This document shows, piece by piece, positions 20,223 to 30,444 of a stretch of DNA of 64,000 bases; within the stretch, counting starts at the first letter, position 1; every line of letters starts with the position of its first letter. This DNA is from Sedimentisphaerales bacterium. GTDB lineage: Bacteria; Planctomycetota; Phycisphaerae; Sedimentisphaerales; SM23-30. Location: positions 1 through 64,000 of the forward strand of contig CAXXFK010000015.1 in NCBI GenBank assembly GCA_963663965.2. Reading direction: 5' to 3'. The position numbers and the translations under genes were made by a program. Below the pieces are notes generated by a model. It saw only the letters and a list, made by a program, of their open reading frames with translations. It was not told the origin of the DNA and searched no databases.

Positions 20223-21837
20223 CAAAAAAAACACTCACCGCCTGAGCGATCTGATCTATCTGGCATTGGAAGATTCGATATCTGAGTCTGATATGGCTGA
20301 ATTGGACCATTTACTAGTCCATGAGCGTTGGGCCCGACAGTATTATCTCGATTTTATAGAAAATTATTGCGCGGTCACACAGGCCGCCTGTATCTTAAGT
20401 CAGGATTCACAATCCGATTATGATCCACAGCCTCTGCATGAAGCGATCGAACAGGATTTGAACAAGACCGCCATCCACCGGGTATTACATCGTAAAGAAA
20501 TTGAAAAGCCATGCGAATCGGAACAAGTTTCTCAGCTAAGGCGTAAACGATTAACCTGGTCACAATGGCAAGGAATCCTGATCAGGGCGGCCGCCGTTAT
20601 CGCTTTATGTGCCGGGGCATTGTTTTTAGACCGGAAGTTATTCGAGAGTCAATATGGCCCGGCCGTGTCGGTAGCGGAAATGACTGACGCAGTGGATGTA
20701 CGCTGGCAAGCCAATGGCATCGATTATCGTCCCGGCGAAAAAATTTATCCCGGTGAATTATCTCTGGAAAATGGCTGGGCCAAATTTTTGTTATACAACG
20801 GGGCTGAAGTCATAATACAGGCTCCAGCTCGCTTTTCTCTAACATCACCCGACAATATGACATTACATTATGGTCGAATTTACGCCAAAGTTCCCAAAGA
20901 GGCTATTGGTTTTGCCGTTACCACTCCTAATTCCAAGACGATCGATCTGGGAACTGAATTTGGCCTGTTTGCCGATGGTCAGGGCAATACCGATTTGCAT
21001 GTATTCAAAGGACAAACCCAACTAATCGCCAATCAGGCGGGGCATTCAAAGCTGGTTGAACATGGTAACGCTCAACGTGTCGTCGCGCGTACCAGCGCGA
21101 TGGTGGACATTGAATTAGATCATCGTCAGTTTGCCTGCCGGATAGATGGGAAGAATAAAAAGATATGGAATGGATCTAATTTCATTCCCGGCGATGTGAT
21201 TAATGTCGATTTTGGCAATAACGAAGTGGTGAAAAGCGGATGGAACACCATGGGATCAACCAACGGCACTCTGATCGATGTGGTGACCAGTACCGGTAAA
21301 ACGACAACGGTTGTGATTTCATTGCCGGTTCGTTTTAACGGTCAGAATACTAATGGAACCACAGATCCGACCGGCGACGCCCAGCAGTTTCCCTGGCAGG
21401 CCACTTCAGATTCGTTTTTCGGTAATGATGTCGATTGGAGCGGATTGATCTGTCCGAACGCCAGATTATCGATAACAGAACTTGATCCTACTCTATGCTA
21501 TGAGTTGACTTTTTCCATCTCGCGAATGAATGTTACGGATAATCGCCAGACCCAATATGTAATCAGCGGCGCAGAGACCAAGGCCGAGACGTTATTCCTG
21601 GATCCCACCAATAATACCAATACGGTAATCGTGAGTCAGGCTATCGCTCCAACGAGATCAGGCACAATAACTGTCGATATACAAAAAGGCCCCGACAACA
21701 ATAATGATCATGGATTTTTCTATATCGGCGTTCTGGTCATAAGGGCGCTGGATGAATCCTCACCCTTCGCTTATATCCCGGAAACAGAAACGCCGAAATT
21801 CAGTCAAATAATTCAAAAGTCACAGAAATCATTATAA
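20209..21837 (+). CDS. FecR-type anti-sigma factor with C-terminal extracytoplasmic beta-rich domain
   Basis: Anti-sigma N-terminus (ELDHLL...ARQYY), TM, FecR motif GFAVTTPNSKTIDLGTEFG...LHVFKG. Confidence 0.9.
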   Translation: MASPDKKNTHRLSDLIYLALEDSISESDMAELDHLLVHERWARQYYLDFIENYCAVTQAACILSQDSQSDYDPQPLHEAIEQDLNKTAIHRVLHRKEIEKPCESEQVSQLRRKRLTWSQWQGILIRAAAVIALCAGALFLDRKLFESQYGPAVSVAEMTDAVDVRWQANGIDYRPGEKIYPGELSLENGWAKFLLYNGAEVIIQAPARFSLTSPDNMTLHYGRIYAKVPKEAIGFAVTTPNSKTIDLGTEFGLFADGQGNTDLHVFKGQTQLIANQAGHSKLVEHGNAQRVVARTSAMVDIELDHRQFACRIDGKNKKIWNGSNFIPGDVINVDFGNNEVVKSGWNTMGSTNGTLIDVVTSTGKTTTVVISLPVRFNGQNTNGTTDPTGDAQQFPWQATSDSFFGNDVDWSGLICPNARLSITELDPTLCYELTFSISRMNVTDNRQTQYVISGAETKAETLFLDPTNNTNTVIVSQAIAPTRSGTITVDIQKGPDNNNDHGFFYIGVLVIRALDESSPFAYIPETETPKFSQIIQKSQKSL

Positions 21838-21884
21838 TAAAAATTGTTGGCATGCAATTACTCGTTGTATGGTTTTAATGAAGA

Positions 21885-21932
21885 CTGTCAGGTCTGCCGT
21901 AAACCTGACAGGAAATCCTTGCGTACGGCAGA
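21885..21932 (+). ncRNA. candidate pseudoknot or alternative-hairpin cis-regulatory RNA
   Basis: CTGTCAGGT(21885-93) pairs with ACCTGACAG(21903-11); loop CTGCCGTA(21894-901) pairs with TACGGCAG(21924-31); immediately followed by GGAGG. Confidence 0.4.
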
Positions 21933-22097
21933 TGGAGGTTTGTGAATGAATACAAACAAAGTATGGCTGTCGGCCGGGCCATAGCCGCATTAAAATAAAG
22001 TGGCAGAACGATAAAATGGTTATGTATTAGAAAATGCCTTGATGTGATGTGATCAGTTCCAAATCAACTCTCTCTCTAAATAAAGGAGAACGAAGAA

Positions 22098-24077
22098 ATG
22101 AAAAACAGTTTTAAACTATTGTGCAGTATTCTTGCATTGGTTGTCATTGGATTGTCAGGAACCGGGTTGTATGCACAGGAAGCGGTCGTTGCCGATGATG
22201 TGATCAATATCGATTTTGGCGGCACCTTCGCAGCTAGTGGCGGATGGAATACACTCAATAATCCTTATGGCACCTACACCAATCTAATTACCAGTACCGA
22301 TAAAATTACAACGGTTTCGATTGCTTTTCCCGTCAGGGTGAACGGCACCAATAGCAACGGTACGACTGCCCCGACGGGCGATGCCGCGATCTTCCCCTCT
22401 TTTACTACCTCTGATTCTTTTTTTGGCAACGATGTCGATTGGAGCGGCCGGACCGATCCCAAGGGGCAACTGGTCCTAGCCAATTTAGATCCGGATTTGC
22501 AGTATGAATTAACGTTTTTTGCTTCCCGAATGGGTGTATCGGACAACCGACAGGGGCAGTACGCCATCACTGGCGGCGGCGGCCTGATCGAAACACTGTA
22601 TTTGAATGCAACCGCCAATACGGACAAGATCGTTACCAGTCAACTGATACTCCCCACGGTCGACGGCACAATTGTTATTGACTTCCAAAAAGGGCCAGAA
22701 AACAACAACAGCTATGGTTTCTTCTATCTGGGCCTGGTGAGTATCAAAGCGGTTAAGGAAATTCACCTGGCGAGCAGTCCCAGTCCGGCCAACGGGGCAA
22801 CCCTGGTCCCGATTGACAGTCAATTCAGTTGGGTAGCACCAACTGGCGTTACCAATCCACGATATAATCTGTATTGGTGGAGCAGCAGTGATCCCAACAC
22901 CGTTAAGGAAAAACTGGATTTTGCAGAGACCAGCGCTGACCCCGGCAACCTGATAAATGGCACGGAATATAACTGGCGTGTTGATGTTATCGACCCTAAT
23001 AACGGCGCCCCAATAACCTGGAAAGGATTTAAATGGAGTTTTACAACGATACCGGCAACGCCATTTGTCGTTGATCAACCAGAGGATCAGCGTGTATTTC
23101 CCGGTGATATGGCGACCTATTCGATATCACTGGAAGACAGCAGCGAGACGAGCTATCAATGGTTGAAAGTTGATCCTAATTATCCAACCGGCAAACCATT
23201 GGTGAATGATGGCCGCATTACCGGCGCTCAAAGCGACACTCTAATGATAGCAAACGCCGGGTTGACAGATGAAGGCGATTACTTCTGCCGGGCGACCAAC
23301 GGCGCAGGGCCAACCGATTCCAATACGGCTATTTTAGTCATCAATCGTCTATTGTCACACTGGCCGCTGGATGGTACTCTCACTGATATTGTCGGCGGTA
23401 AGGATGGAACGATGACCGACAAGGAGCCTGATTTTGCCGAAGGAGTTATCGCTGACGCTTTATCCTTGAGCGGCGAAGAAAACGACTGGGTAACGGCCGG
23501 TATGGTAGACATTACCGGGAATGTGCCCCGGACAATTGCCGGCTGGGCATATGGCACCAGTGATCTTATGGCAACCTGGACAGGCGTATTTGGGCTCAGC
23601 AACACAGCCGGTATAAGCGGTACTTTCTTTGACATTCAACGTATCGGCAACAGTGGCAATGGTTATGGCATCCACCAGCATAACTGGGAACGGCCGATTA
23701 CCGATTCCTATCCAGTAGGCGAATGGGTCTTTCTGGCAGCTTCCCACGATGGCACCACTACCCGCTGGTATGGAAATGGCACCCTGATAGGCGAAGCAGC
23801 CAGAACTCTGGACACCTATGGCTTATGGACCATGGGCAAACGTGGTGATAATGCCAATCAGTTTATCGGTTTGATTGACGACGTCAGACTTTATAACTAT
23901 GCTCTCGCTCCGACAGAAGTAGCAAAACTCTGGACAGACATCATGGGGGGTTATGTCTGTGTAGGTGGCACACCCATGTACGATCTCAACGAAGATTGTA
24001 TCGTCGACATTAACGACCTGGCACTGTTTGCCAGTCAATGGATGGCTTGCAACCGATATCCCCAATGCATAGAATAA
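22098..24077 (+). CDS. secreted modular protein: shared beta-domain, Ig-like, LamG jellyroll, dockerin-like tail
   Basis: Signal peptide; SPSPANGA...YNWRVD; DEGDYFC; FIGLIDDVRLYNYAL; DLNEDCIVDINDLALFASQW. Confidence 0.85.
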   Translation: MKNSFKLLCSILALVVIGLSGTGLYAQEAVVADDVINIDFGGTFAASGGWNTLNNPYGTYTNLITSTDKITTVSIAFPVRVNGTNSNGTTAPTGDAAIFPSFTTSDSFFGNDVDWSGRTDPKGQLVLANLDPDLQYELTFFASRMGVSDNRQGQYAITGGGGLIETLYLNATANTDKIVTSQLILPTVDGTIVIDFQKGPENNNSYGFFYLGLVSIKAVKEIHLASSPSPANGATLVPIDSQFSWVAPTGVTNPRYNLYWWSSSDPNTVKEKLDFAETSADPGNLINGTEYNWRVDVIDPNNGAPITWKGFKWSFTTIPATPFVVDQPEDQRVFPGDMATYSISLEDSSETSYQWLKVDPNYPTGKPLVNDGRITGAQSDTLMIANAGLTDEGDYFCRATNGAGPTDSNTAILVINRLLSHWPLDGTLTDIVGGKDGTMTDKEPDFAEGVIADALSLSGEENDWVTAGMVDITGNVPRTIAGWAYGTSDLMATWTGVFGLSNTAGISGTFFDIQRIGNSGNGYGIHQHNWERPITDSYPVGEWVFLAASHDGTTTRWYGNGTLIGEAARTLDTYGLWTMGKRGDNANQFIGLIDDVRLYNYALAPTEVAKLWTDIMGGYVCVGGTPMYDLNEDCIVDINDLALFASQWMACNRYPQCIE

Positions 24078-24112
24078 TCCCATACAACAGGCAACCATCC
24101 TAATATCTGATT

Positions 24113-24153
24113 TTGGTCCGGCGGATTCAATACCGCCGGACCAATTCTTCTTT
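24113..24153 (+). terminator. intrinsic terminator
   Basis: TTGGTCCGGCGG / CCGCCGGACCAA 12-bp stem followed by TTCTTCTTT. Confidence 0.75.
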
Positions 24154-24249
24154 AATCAATGACATGTCTTAAATTTTTATATTACAAATCCTGTTTAACC
24201 AGATTAAATCAGGTTTTGATATGGAAATCATTGAATTTTGGAGTAAAAG

Positions 24250-26949
24250 ATGATTTCAACTAACCGATTCAAACCATTGGCATTTTTTTTTCTTCTGGTT
24301 TGCTGCAATGCCGTCTGTGTTCAAGCGGAAGAGCCTTTAAACATTCTATTTATTGGAAATAGCTTTACCCTGGGCGGCCCTATTCCCCAAGTTGTCCAGA
24401 ATATAGCATTGAGCGCCGGTTGGCCAAAACCGAACGTAACCAACGTTTCAGTCGGTGGACAAACCTTGAGCTATCACAGCACCAGTCCGGATACTCTGGC
24501 AGCCATCGATCAAGGAGGATGGGATTTTGTAGTGTTGCAGGAATACAGCACCAAGGCCACAGATAATGCAGGGGATCCAGCCGGCTTTAAAGCCGATGCC
24601 ACCTTTTTGTATAACCGGGTCAAGGCGAGCAGTCCCCAGGCATGGATCGTTCTGTATGAAACCTGGGCCCGGCACGAAAATCACAGTATCTATCCCAATA
24701 CGTTTGTCGATCGGGACCAGATGCAAACCCAGGTGAATACTCACTATCACGATTGCGCCGAGAATTATTTACCAACCCATGCGACCTTTCCGATTAAAAC
24801 CGATGTGGCGATCGCGCCGGCGGGTGAAGCCTGGCACGCCAATTATCATGATCGCAATATTATGCTGCATGGATCCGATCTGTACCATGCCGGTGGTGCC
24901 GGTCAATACCTTAACGGACTGGCAATCTACGCGACCATCTATCACCGCAGGGTGATCGGACTGACGCCTTTATTAGGCGTAAACGCTACTGACGCCACTT
25001 ATTTGCAGAGTATTTGCGATGCCATTACCGGTGAAACCATTATACAAATTGGCAGTGATCCCAATCCCATATTAGACGGGGATGAGATTCAGGTAGATTT
25101 TGGTAACACCCAGACAGTCAGTGCAGGTTGGAATACGATGGCGGCTGCGGATGGAACCATAGCAGGGGCCATTACCAGCAGCAATAAAATGACCTCTGTA
25201 TCTATCACCCTGCCAGTTCAATTCAACGGGGAAAACTCCAGTGGTACAACCTCCCCATCCGGCGATGCCGCAATCTATCCGTCGCAAAGTACTTCGGATT
25301 CTTTCTTTGGTAACGATATTCCTTTCAGCGGACGTATCAATCCTGAGGCCCAACTGCTGATTTCCAACCTGGATCCAAGGCTGAGATATGAACTGACTTT
25401 TTTTGCATCCCGTATGGGGGTGTCTGACAATCGACAGACACGATATACCATCAGCGGCGACCCGGGTTCGACACAAACCCTGTATCTCAACCCATCCAAC
25501 AATACCAGTACCATTGCCAGGAGCCAGTTGATCACTCCGACCGAAACGGGAGAGATTGTTATCGATATCCTCAAAGGACCGGCGAACAACAACGTCACGG
25601 GCTTTTTCTATCTGGGGTTGTTGACATTACGGGCACAGAAAAATCCCTTTCAGGCCAGTGATCCCAGACCGGCACATCAAGCGATCCAGGTTCCGAACGA
25701 TTCCCTGTTAAGCTGGACGGCGCCCACAGCGATTGCCAACCCACATTACAACATTTACTGGTGGACTGACCCCAATATGATCCATGAGCAACTTGACGTA
25801 TCCGAACCCGGCGTCAATCCCAGTGACCTGGAATACGGCAAAACATATTTCTGGCGGGTTGACACCATCGAAAACGCCTCGATTGTCCATGAAGGTCAGG
25901 TATGGAGTTTCACGGTTGAACAAGACGCCGTGACGATTATAGAACAGCCGCAAATACAAACTGTCTTTTCAGGTGAAACAGCGATTTTCACCATTGTACT
26001 GGAAGATCAAACCGGAAAAATCTATCGGTGGGGTAAGATCGCAGAAGATTCAGTAATCACCCTGCTGACAGACGACGGCCGTATTACCGGATCCCAAAGC
26101 GACACCTTAACTATTCGGGATGTCAGTCTGGTTGATGAGCAGGATTATTTCTGCAGAATAACCAATAATTCGGGTGACTTTAATTCCGATGCAGCGACCC
26201 TGATCCTGAAACGTATACTTTCACACTGGCCATTAGACGGCACACTGGATGACATCTCAGGAGGCAAACAGGGTACGATGATGAACCGAACTCCAGCATT
26301 TGATACTGGACTGATCGAAGGCGCCCTGGTACTCAGTGGCGCATCTGACGACTGGGTAACAGTCGGAGCAGTCGGTGTCAATGCTAACAAACCGCGTACG
26401 ATTACTGGCTGGATTAAGGCTACCGATGAAAATATCCCATCCTGGACAGGAGTATTCGGATTCAGCCACGCGAGCAGCTCAAATGCAACTTTTTTTGACA
26501 TTGAACGGTTGGGAAATCAAGACAACGGATATGGCCTGCATCAGTATAACTGGGAAGTCGCCATTACTGACAGTTTGCCGGTTGGCGAATGGATATTTGT
26601 GGCGGCTTCACACGATGGCGAGACGACCCGATGGTATGGCAATGGGGTTCAGATTGGCGAAGCGACAAGACTGTTAAATACCTATGATTTATGGACGATG
26701 GGAAAACGGGCGGATAATGACAACTTATTTACCGGTCTGATAGATGATATCCGTTTGTATAATTATGCCCTCAGTTCCAAGGAAATCGCCAAACTTTGGA
26801 CCGATGTATCAGGTGGTTATGTCTGCCTGGCCGGACCTCCCCTGTATGATTTTAACCAGGACTGCAGGGTAGATCTGGCGGATCTGGCAATATTCACGGC
26901 TCAATGGATGGACTGCACCCGCTATCCTGAATGTACCAATGACATTTAA
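24250..26949 (+). CDS. secreted SGNH/GDSL-type esterase, shared beta-domain, Ig-like, LamG, dockerin-like tail
   Basis: LFIGNSFT, WDFVVLQE, DLYH catalytic motifs; C-terminal two-thirds paralogous to 22098-24077. Confidence 0.85.
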   Translation: MISTNRFKPLAFFFLLVCCNAVCVQAEEPLNILFIGNSFTLGGPIPQVVQNIALSAGWPKPNVTNVSVGGQTLSYHSTSPDTLAAIDQGGWDFVVLQEYSTKATDNAGDPAGFKADATFLYNRVKASSPQAWIVLYETWARHENHSIYPNTFVDRDQMQTQVNTHYHDCAENYLPTHATFPIKTDVAIAPAGEAWHANYHDRNIMLHGSDLYHAGGAGQYLNGLAIYATIYHRRVIGLTPLLGVNATDATYLQSICDAITGETIIQIGSDPNPILDGDEIQVDFGNTQTVSAGWNTMAAADGTIAGAITSSNKMTSVSITLPVQFNGENSSGTTSPSGDAAIYPSQSTSDSFFGNDIPFSGRINPEAQLLISNLDPRLRYELTFFASRMGVSDNRQTRYTISGDPGSTQTLYLNPSNNTSTIARSQLITPTETGEIVIDILKGPANNNVTGFFYLGLLTLRAQKNPFQASDPRPAHQAIQVPNDSLLSWTAPTAIANPHYNIYWWTDPNMIHEQLDVSEPGVNPSDLEYGKTYFWRVDTIENASIVHEGQVWSFTVEQDAVTIIEQPQIQTVFSGETAIFTIVLEDQTGKIYRWGKIAEDSVITLLTDDGRITGSQSDTLTIRDVSLVDEQDYFCRITNNSGDFNSDAATLILKRILSHWPLDGTLDDISGGKQGTMMNRTPAFDTGLIEGALVLSGASDDWVTVGAVGVNANKPRTITGWIKATDENIPSWTGVFGFSHASSSNATFFDIERLGNQDNGYGLHQYNWEVAITDSLPVGEWIFVAASHDGETTRWYGNGVQIGEATRLLNTYDLWTMGKRADNDNLFTGLIDDIRLYNYALSSKEIAKLWTDVSGGYVCLAGPPLYDFNQDCRVDLADLAIFTAQWMDCTRYPECTNDI

Positions 26950-26965
26950 TCCAGATGAATGAATC

Positions 26966-27001
26966 ATGCAGGCCTCCGGTCTATTCTTTAGAGGCCTGCA
27001 T
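26966..27001. terminator. hairpin between convergent genes
   Basis: ATGCAGGCCTC / GAGGCCTGCAT 11-bp inverted repeat. Confidence 0.6.
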
Positions 27002-27012
27002 TCCTGTCATAA

Positions 27013-28941
27013 TCAAGGCGTTTTATCATCCTGTGAATCGTCAGGTTCCAGAGGGATGGGCTTGTCATCATCAAGGGATCGATCAGAACCGGGCGGGGTT
27101 TGCTTCTCAAGGCCCTCCCCACTTTGATTTCGGGTATCCAACGGTTCATCCTGCAGATATTCAATCCCATCATCAATCAGCGCTTCAATATCCTCTTCAA
27201 CCCAAACATCATCCATAGCCACAGTATCCACTTTTTTGCGCAGTAACAGGTAAATCGCAGAACTGGCGGAAAAATACAGGCTGATTCCATAAGCCAGTAA
27301 ATAGGAAACGACCACGGCAATGACCAGCCAGACAATTGCCGCGGCAACGGCTTCACTCGTACTGAGAGCGGACCAATCGACATCCGGAAGCAGATTGCCA
27401 AAAGTCGGCATTGGCCAGACAGCATCTAATTTGCCAAGATATGAAAGCCGAGACGAACTGGACACCAGATTCACTGCGGCTCCAGAGATTCTATTCACTG
27501 TCAACAAGGTAAGAAAAACAAAAAAGCGAATGAAGATATAGCATAACAAGCCATAACCCGCCGTTAAGACATAATACCATATAAACCACCAGGGTTTTTC
27601 CCGTAAGTATGAAATAGAACGGCTGATCGCATCAAAACTACCCGAACCTTCGGCCGCAATCGCCGGCAACATTAAACTATATCCAAAGAGAGTGGTGACC
27701 AGAATAAAGGTGATCAACAGACCGATTAAAATACCCAGAAACATCATCAGCGCGCCGATAATGGCACCCAGACCGGGTATCCAGGCGAAGGCCATGCTGC
27801 CAATCCAGATAAAACCGGCACAGACCAGAACAATGATGATGGGGATTATCGGAGCCATGAATGCGGAAAACCACTTGGCCGCCCCAAAGCGAAGGGAACG
27901 AGCAGGCCCGATCCGTTCACCGCGAGCCAGTTGTAAAACCGTTACCCGGCAAATGGCAGTACCCGCCAAAGCCCAAACGACCAGACCCACAATCGTCATG
28001 AACAAAGCATAAACCGGATGGAAACGGGAAAGCCAGCACATGCCCAAGAGTAATTCATATGACGTCTGCCTCAACCCCGCACAATCCAGTGAGACCAGGG
28101 CCATGGCCAGACGGTGAATCCGGGTTAATTTAAAATCGATCCAACTCGCGAAAACCCCTTTGCCTTTTAATTGCCCGGTCAAATATTTCGCTTTCCCAAT
28201 GGCCCAGGCCTCTGACATGATATTTTTATGTTTGTCATAGGCTTCTTTTTCCTGGGCTTTATTCTGTGCTTCAATATCAAAACGAACCAGTAAGTCAGTC
28301 CATTTCTGGAACTCTTCGCGACTGGCCGACACGCACCCGGTTACAGATCGAACCAGATTGCCATAAGTGTTCTGCAGCAAAGTCATTTCAGCATGCAAGG
28401 TATCAAGAACAGCAGTCTGCTGACTTGATTCAGCCATTTTTTTCGACAAGCTATCCGCCTGTTTCTGATAACGCACGGCCAGGAGTTCAACCGCACCGGA
28501 AATGGTCGCTTTATGCTTCGCGATCAGCACTGGAATTGAGCCATTATCAATCGCTAGTCGCGCCTTATCGCCTGATATTTCAAACGGCTTGCGGGACAAG
28601 ACATCGAGCATTTGTTTACGGTTGGATTGAATCAGGCCATCCCGAATTCCATTAACGGCATCGAGACTGCGATTGCCTTCCCCGGCATAAATATCAATTT
28701 CAGACAGGTTGTTATTCAGGTTGCGGCTATCAGCCAGCGAATAAACCCTGTTGTCTGTCCCCATTGATAACGATAACATATCCATTGCCCAACCGGCCAA
28801 GAAGACCAATACCAGGCCAACAAAGGCCACCGATAATTTACCAATCGATTGCGCCGAGGTCACGGCTTCAAACAATTTGAAGGAATCGCAACGAGACCAG
28901 TCTAATCCAGATTTACATTCCATTTTATTCTGTTCGGTCAT
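27013..28941 (-). CDS. polytopic membrane protein of unknown function
   Basis: N-terminal TM, large helical loop, about 6 TM segments with FDAISRSISY and IYLLLRKKVD, acidic tail. Confidence 0.75.
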   Translation of the reverse strand: MTEQNKMECKSGLDWSRCDSFKLFEAVTSAQSIGKLSVAFVGLVLVFLAGWAMDMLSLSMGTDNRVYSLADSRNLNNNLSEIDIYAGEGNRSLDAVNGIRDGLIQSNRKQMLDVLSRKPFEISGDKARLAIDNGSIPVLIAKHKATISGAVELLAVRYQKQADSLSKKMAESSQQTAVLDTLHAEMTLLQNTYGNLVRSVTGCVSASREEFQKWTDLLVRFDIEAQNKAQEKEAYDKHKNIMSEAWAIGKAKYLTGQLKGKGVFASWIDFKLTRIHRLAMALVSLDCAGLRQTSYELLLGMCWLSRFHPVYALFMTIVGLVVWALAGTAICRVTVLQLARGERIGPARSLRFGAAKWFSAFMAPIIPIIIVLVCAGFIWIGSMAFAWIPGLGAIIGALMMFLGILIGLLITFILVTTLFGYSLMLPAIAAEGSGSFDAISRSISYLREKPWWFIWYYVLTAGYGLLCYIFIRFFVFLTLLTVNRISGAAVNLVSSSSRLSYLGKLDAVWPMPTFGNLLPDVDWSALSTSEAVAAAIVWLVIAVVVSYLLAYGISLYFSASSAIYLLLRKKVDTVAMDDVWVEEDIEALIDDGIEYLQDEPLDTRNQSGEGLEKQTPPGSDRSLDDDKPIPLEPDDSQDDKTP

Positions 28942-29154
28942 GTTCTGTCCCTTTCACTTGGATGTCCGCCTGTCAAGCCTCGAAATAATCAGCCTTACCT
29001 GTCGTGGCCCTATACGTTTCAGGCGATGCAGCAATCGAGACATTATAAAAGAATTGATTTGAGTTGCAACTTTAAATTTTACGACCAACCAGGCACGGCC
29101 TTATGCATCAGAAGGGAAAAGTAATAAAAGAAATTTTCTTTAAGATGAGCTATT

Positions 29155-29346
29155 TCAATCAGTTACTGTATCATCAGGCATCCTGTCATCTTCATCAATT
29201 CCATGACCGTCAATCACATAATAATCCGTAAACCACCGTCCAAGATCCACCATGCGGCAATGATCAGAGCAAAACGGATAATTGGGGGATTGAGGCGACT
29301 CAGACTGAAATGGCTTTTGACACACGGGGCATAATGAAACATTCAT
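29155..29346 (-). CDS. yacG: DNA gyrase inhibitor YacG
   Basis: CPVC...YPFCSDHCRMVDLGRW. Confidence 0.9.
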   Translation of the reverse strand: MNVSLCPVCQKPFQSESPQSPNYPFCSDHCRMVDLGRWFTDYYVIDGHGIDEDDRMPDDTVTD

Positions 29347-29410
29347 AATTTATCAATTCCAAAAAACCAGTACCAACAGATCGATCTATCTAGTCTATGG
29401 ATTATGAGAA

Positions 29411-29710
29411 TCAGTCGCTTTGTGTTGACTTCGAACTTTTAGTATCCGTTTTTTTCTCTGTTTTATTTTCTGATGAGGATGCGGCAGGACTGTTCGTCTC
29501 CGCCTTGGCCGATTTTTTATAGCTATCGCTACGATAATCAGTCAGGTAAAAGCCGCTCCCTTTGAAAATCAACCCAGCGCCAGCACCAATCAGACGATTG
29601 ACTTGACGTTTGCCACATTCCGGACATTTTTTTATTGGTTTAGCCGTAATCGACTGGAATTCTTCAAATTTATAGCCACAGGCATCGCAACGATAATCAT
29701 AAGTAGGCAT
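29411..29710 (-). CDS. FmdB family zinc-ribbon protein
   Basis: MPTYDYRCDACG...CPECG...GLIFKGSGFYLTDY. Confidence 0.92.
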   Translation of the reverse strand: MPTYDYRCDACGYKFEEFQSITAKPIKKCPECGKRQVNRLIGAGAGLIFKGSGFYLTDYRSDSYKKSAKAETNSPAASSSENKTEKKTDTKSSKSTQSD

Positions 29711-29724
29711 ATTGGAATCCTCGC

Positions 29725-30378
29725 TTAGCTTTCACTGTTTTCTATTTGAGCCTGATCCCCGGAAGGTTTTTCAGTTAATTCGGGTTCAATGGGAGCGCGG
29801 GCGACTGAAACCCTGGCAGGTCTCAGGGTACGCTCGTTCATTATATAGCCACAAGCCAATTCGCGAACAATGGTTTGAGGTGGCAGAACTTGACTTTCTT
29901 CCTGCATCAGCGCTTCGTGCCTGGATGGATCGAATGGGCAACCCGGCTGGATCTCAATCTTTTTCAATCCGGCCCCATTCAGAATACCCAGCAAATGGTC
30001 ATAGACAATCTTGACGCCATCGAGAACGGCGGCCACATCAGAATATTCCACTCCTTTTTCCAGCGCGTGATCAAAATTATCCAGCGCCGGCAGAAGTAAT
30101 CTGGCGAAATCCTCCCGGGTCTGCTGGATCGTCATTTCACTCTGGCGAGCGGTTCTTTTCTGATAATTCTGGAAATCGGCAGCCAGTCGTTGAGATTGTC
30201 TGAAAAGGTCATCGTACTTTTCTTTCCATTCATCCACGAGCTTCGTTTGCGGATTTTCAGATGATACCGGTTGAGGGGACTGAGTATCATCAGAAACATC
30301 CTGGCCGGACTGTTCAGATTGCTTCAAAATATGTTTGTCCTCTTTTTTATGTTTATGCTTTTTCATAACTGTCAACAT
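29725..30378 (-). CDS. grpE: nucleotide exchange factor GrpE (start may be ATG 30366)
   Basis: ADFQNYQKR, LLPALDNF, FDPSRHEA, GYIMNERTLRPARV. Confidence 0.95.
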   Translation of the reverse strand: MLTVMKKHKHKKEDKHILKQSEQSGQDVSDDTQSPQPVSSENPQTKLVDEWKEKYDDLFRQSQRLAADFQNYQKRTARQSEMTIQQTREDFARLLLPALDNFDHALEKGVEYSDVAAVLDGVKIVYDHLLGILNGAGLKKIEIQPGCPFDPSRHEALMQEESQVLPPQTIVRELACGYIMNERTLRPARVSVARAPIEPELTEKPSGDQAQIENSES

Positions 30379-30444
30379 CCATCAGACGGAACATTACTCA
30401 CCAGCGAGTCATTCCGGTCGAAATGATTTAAATTCCAGGAACTG

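Noticed and set aside
29091..29107. GGCACG...TGC sigma-54-like site
   Set aside because: Spacing is off by one base and it points antisense into yacG
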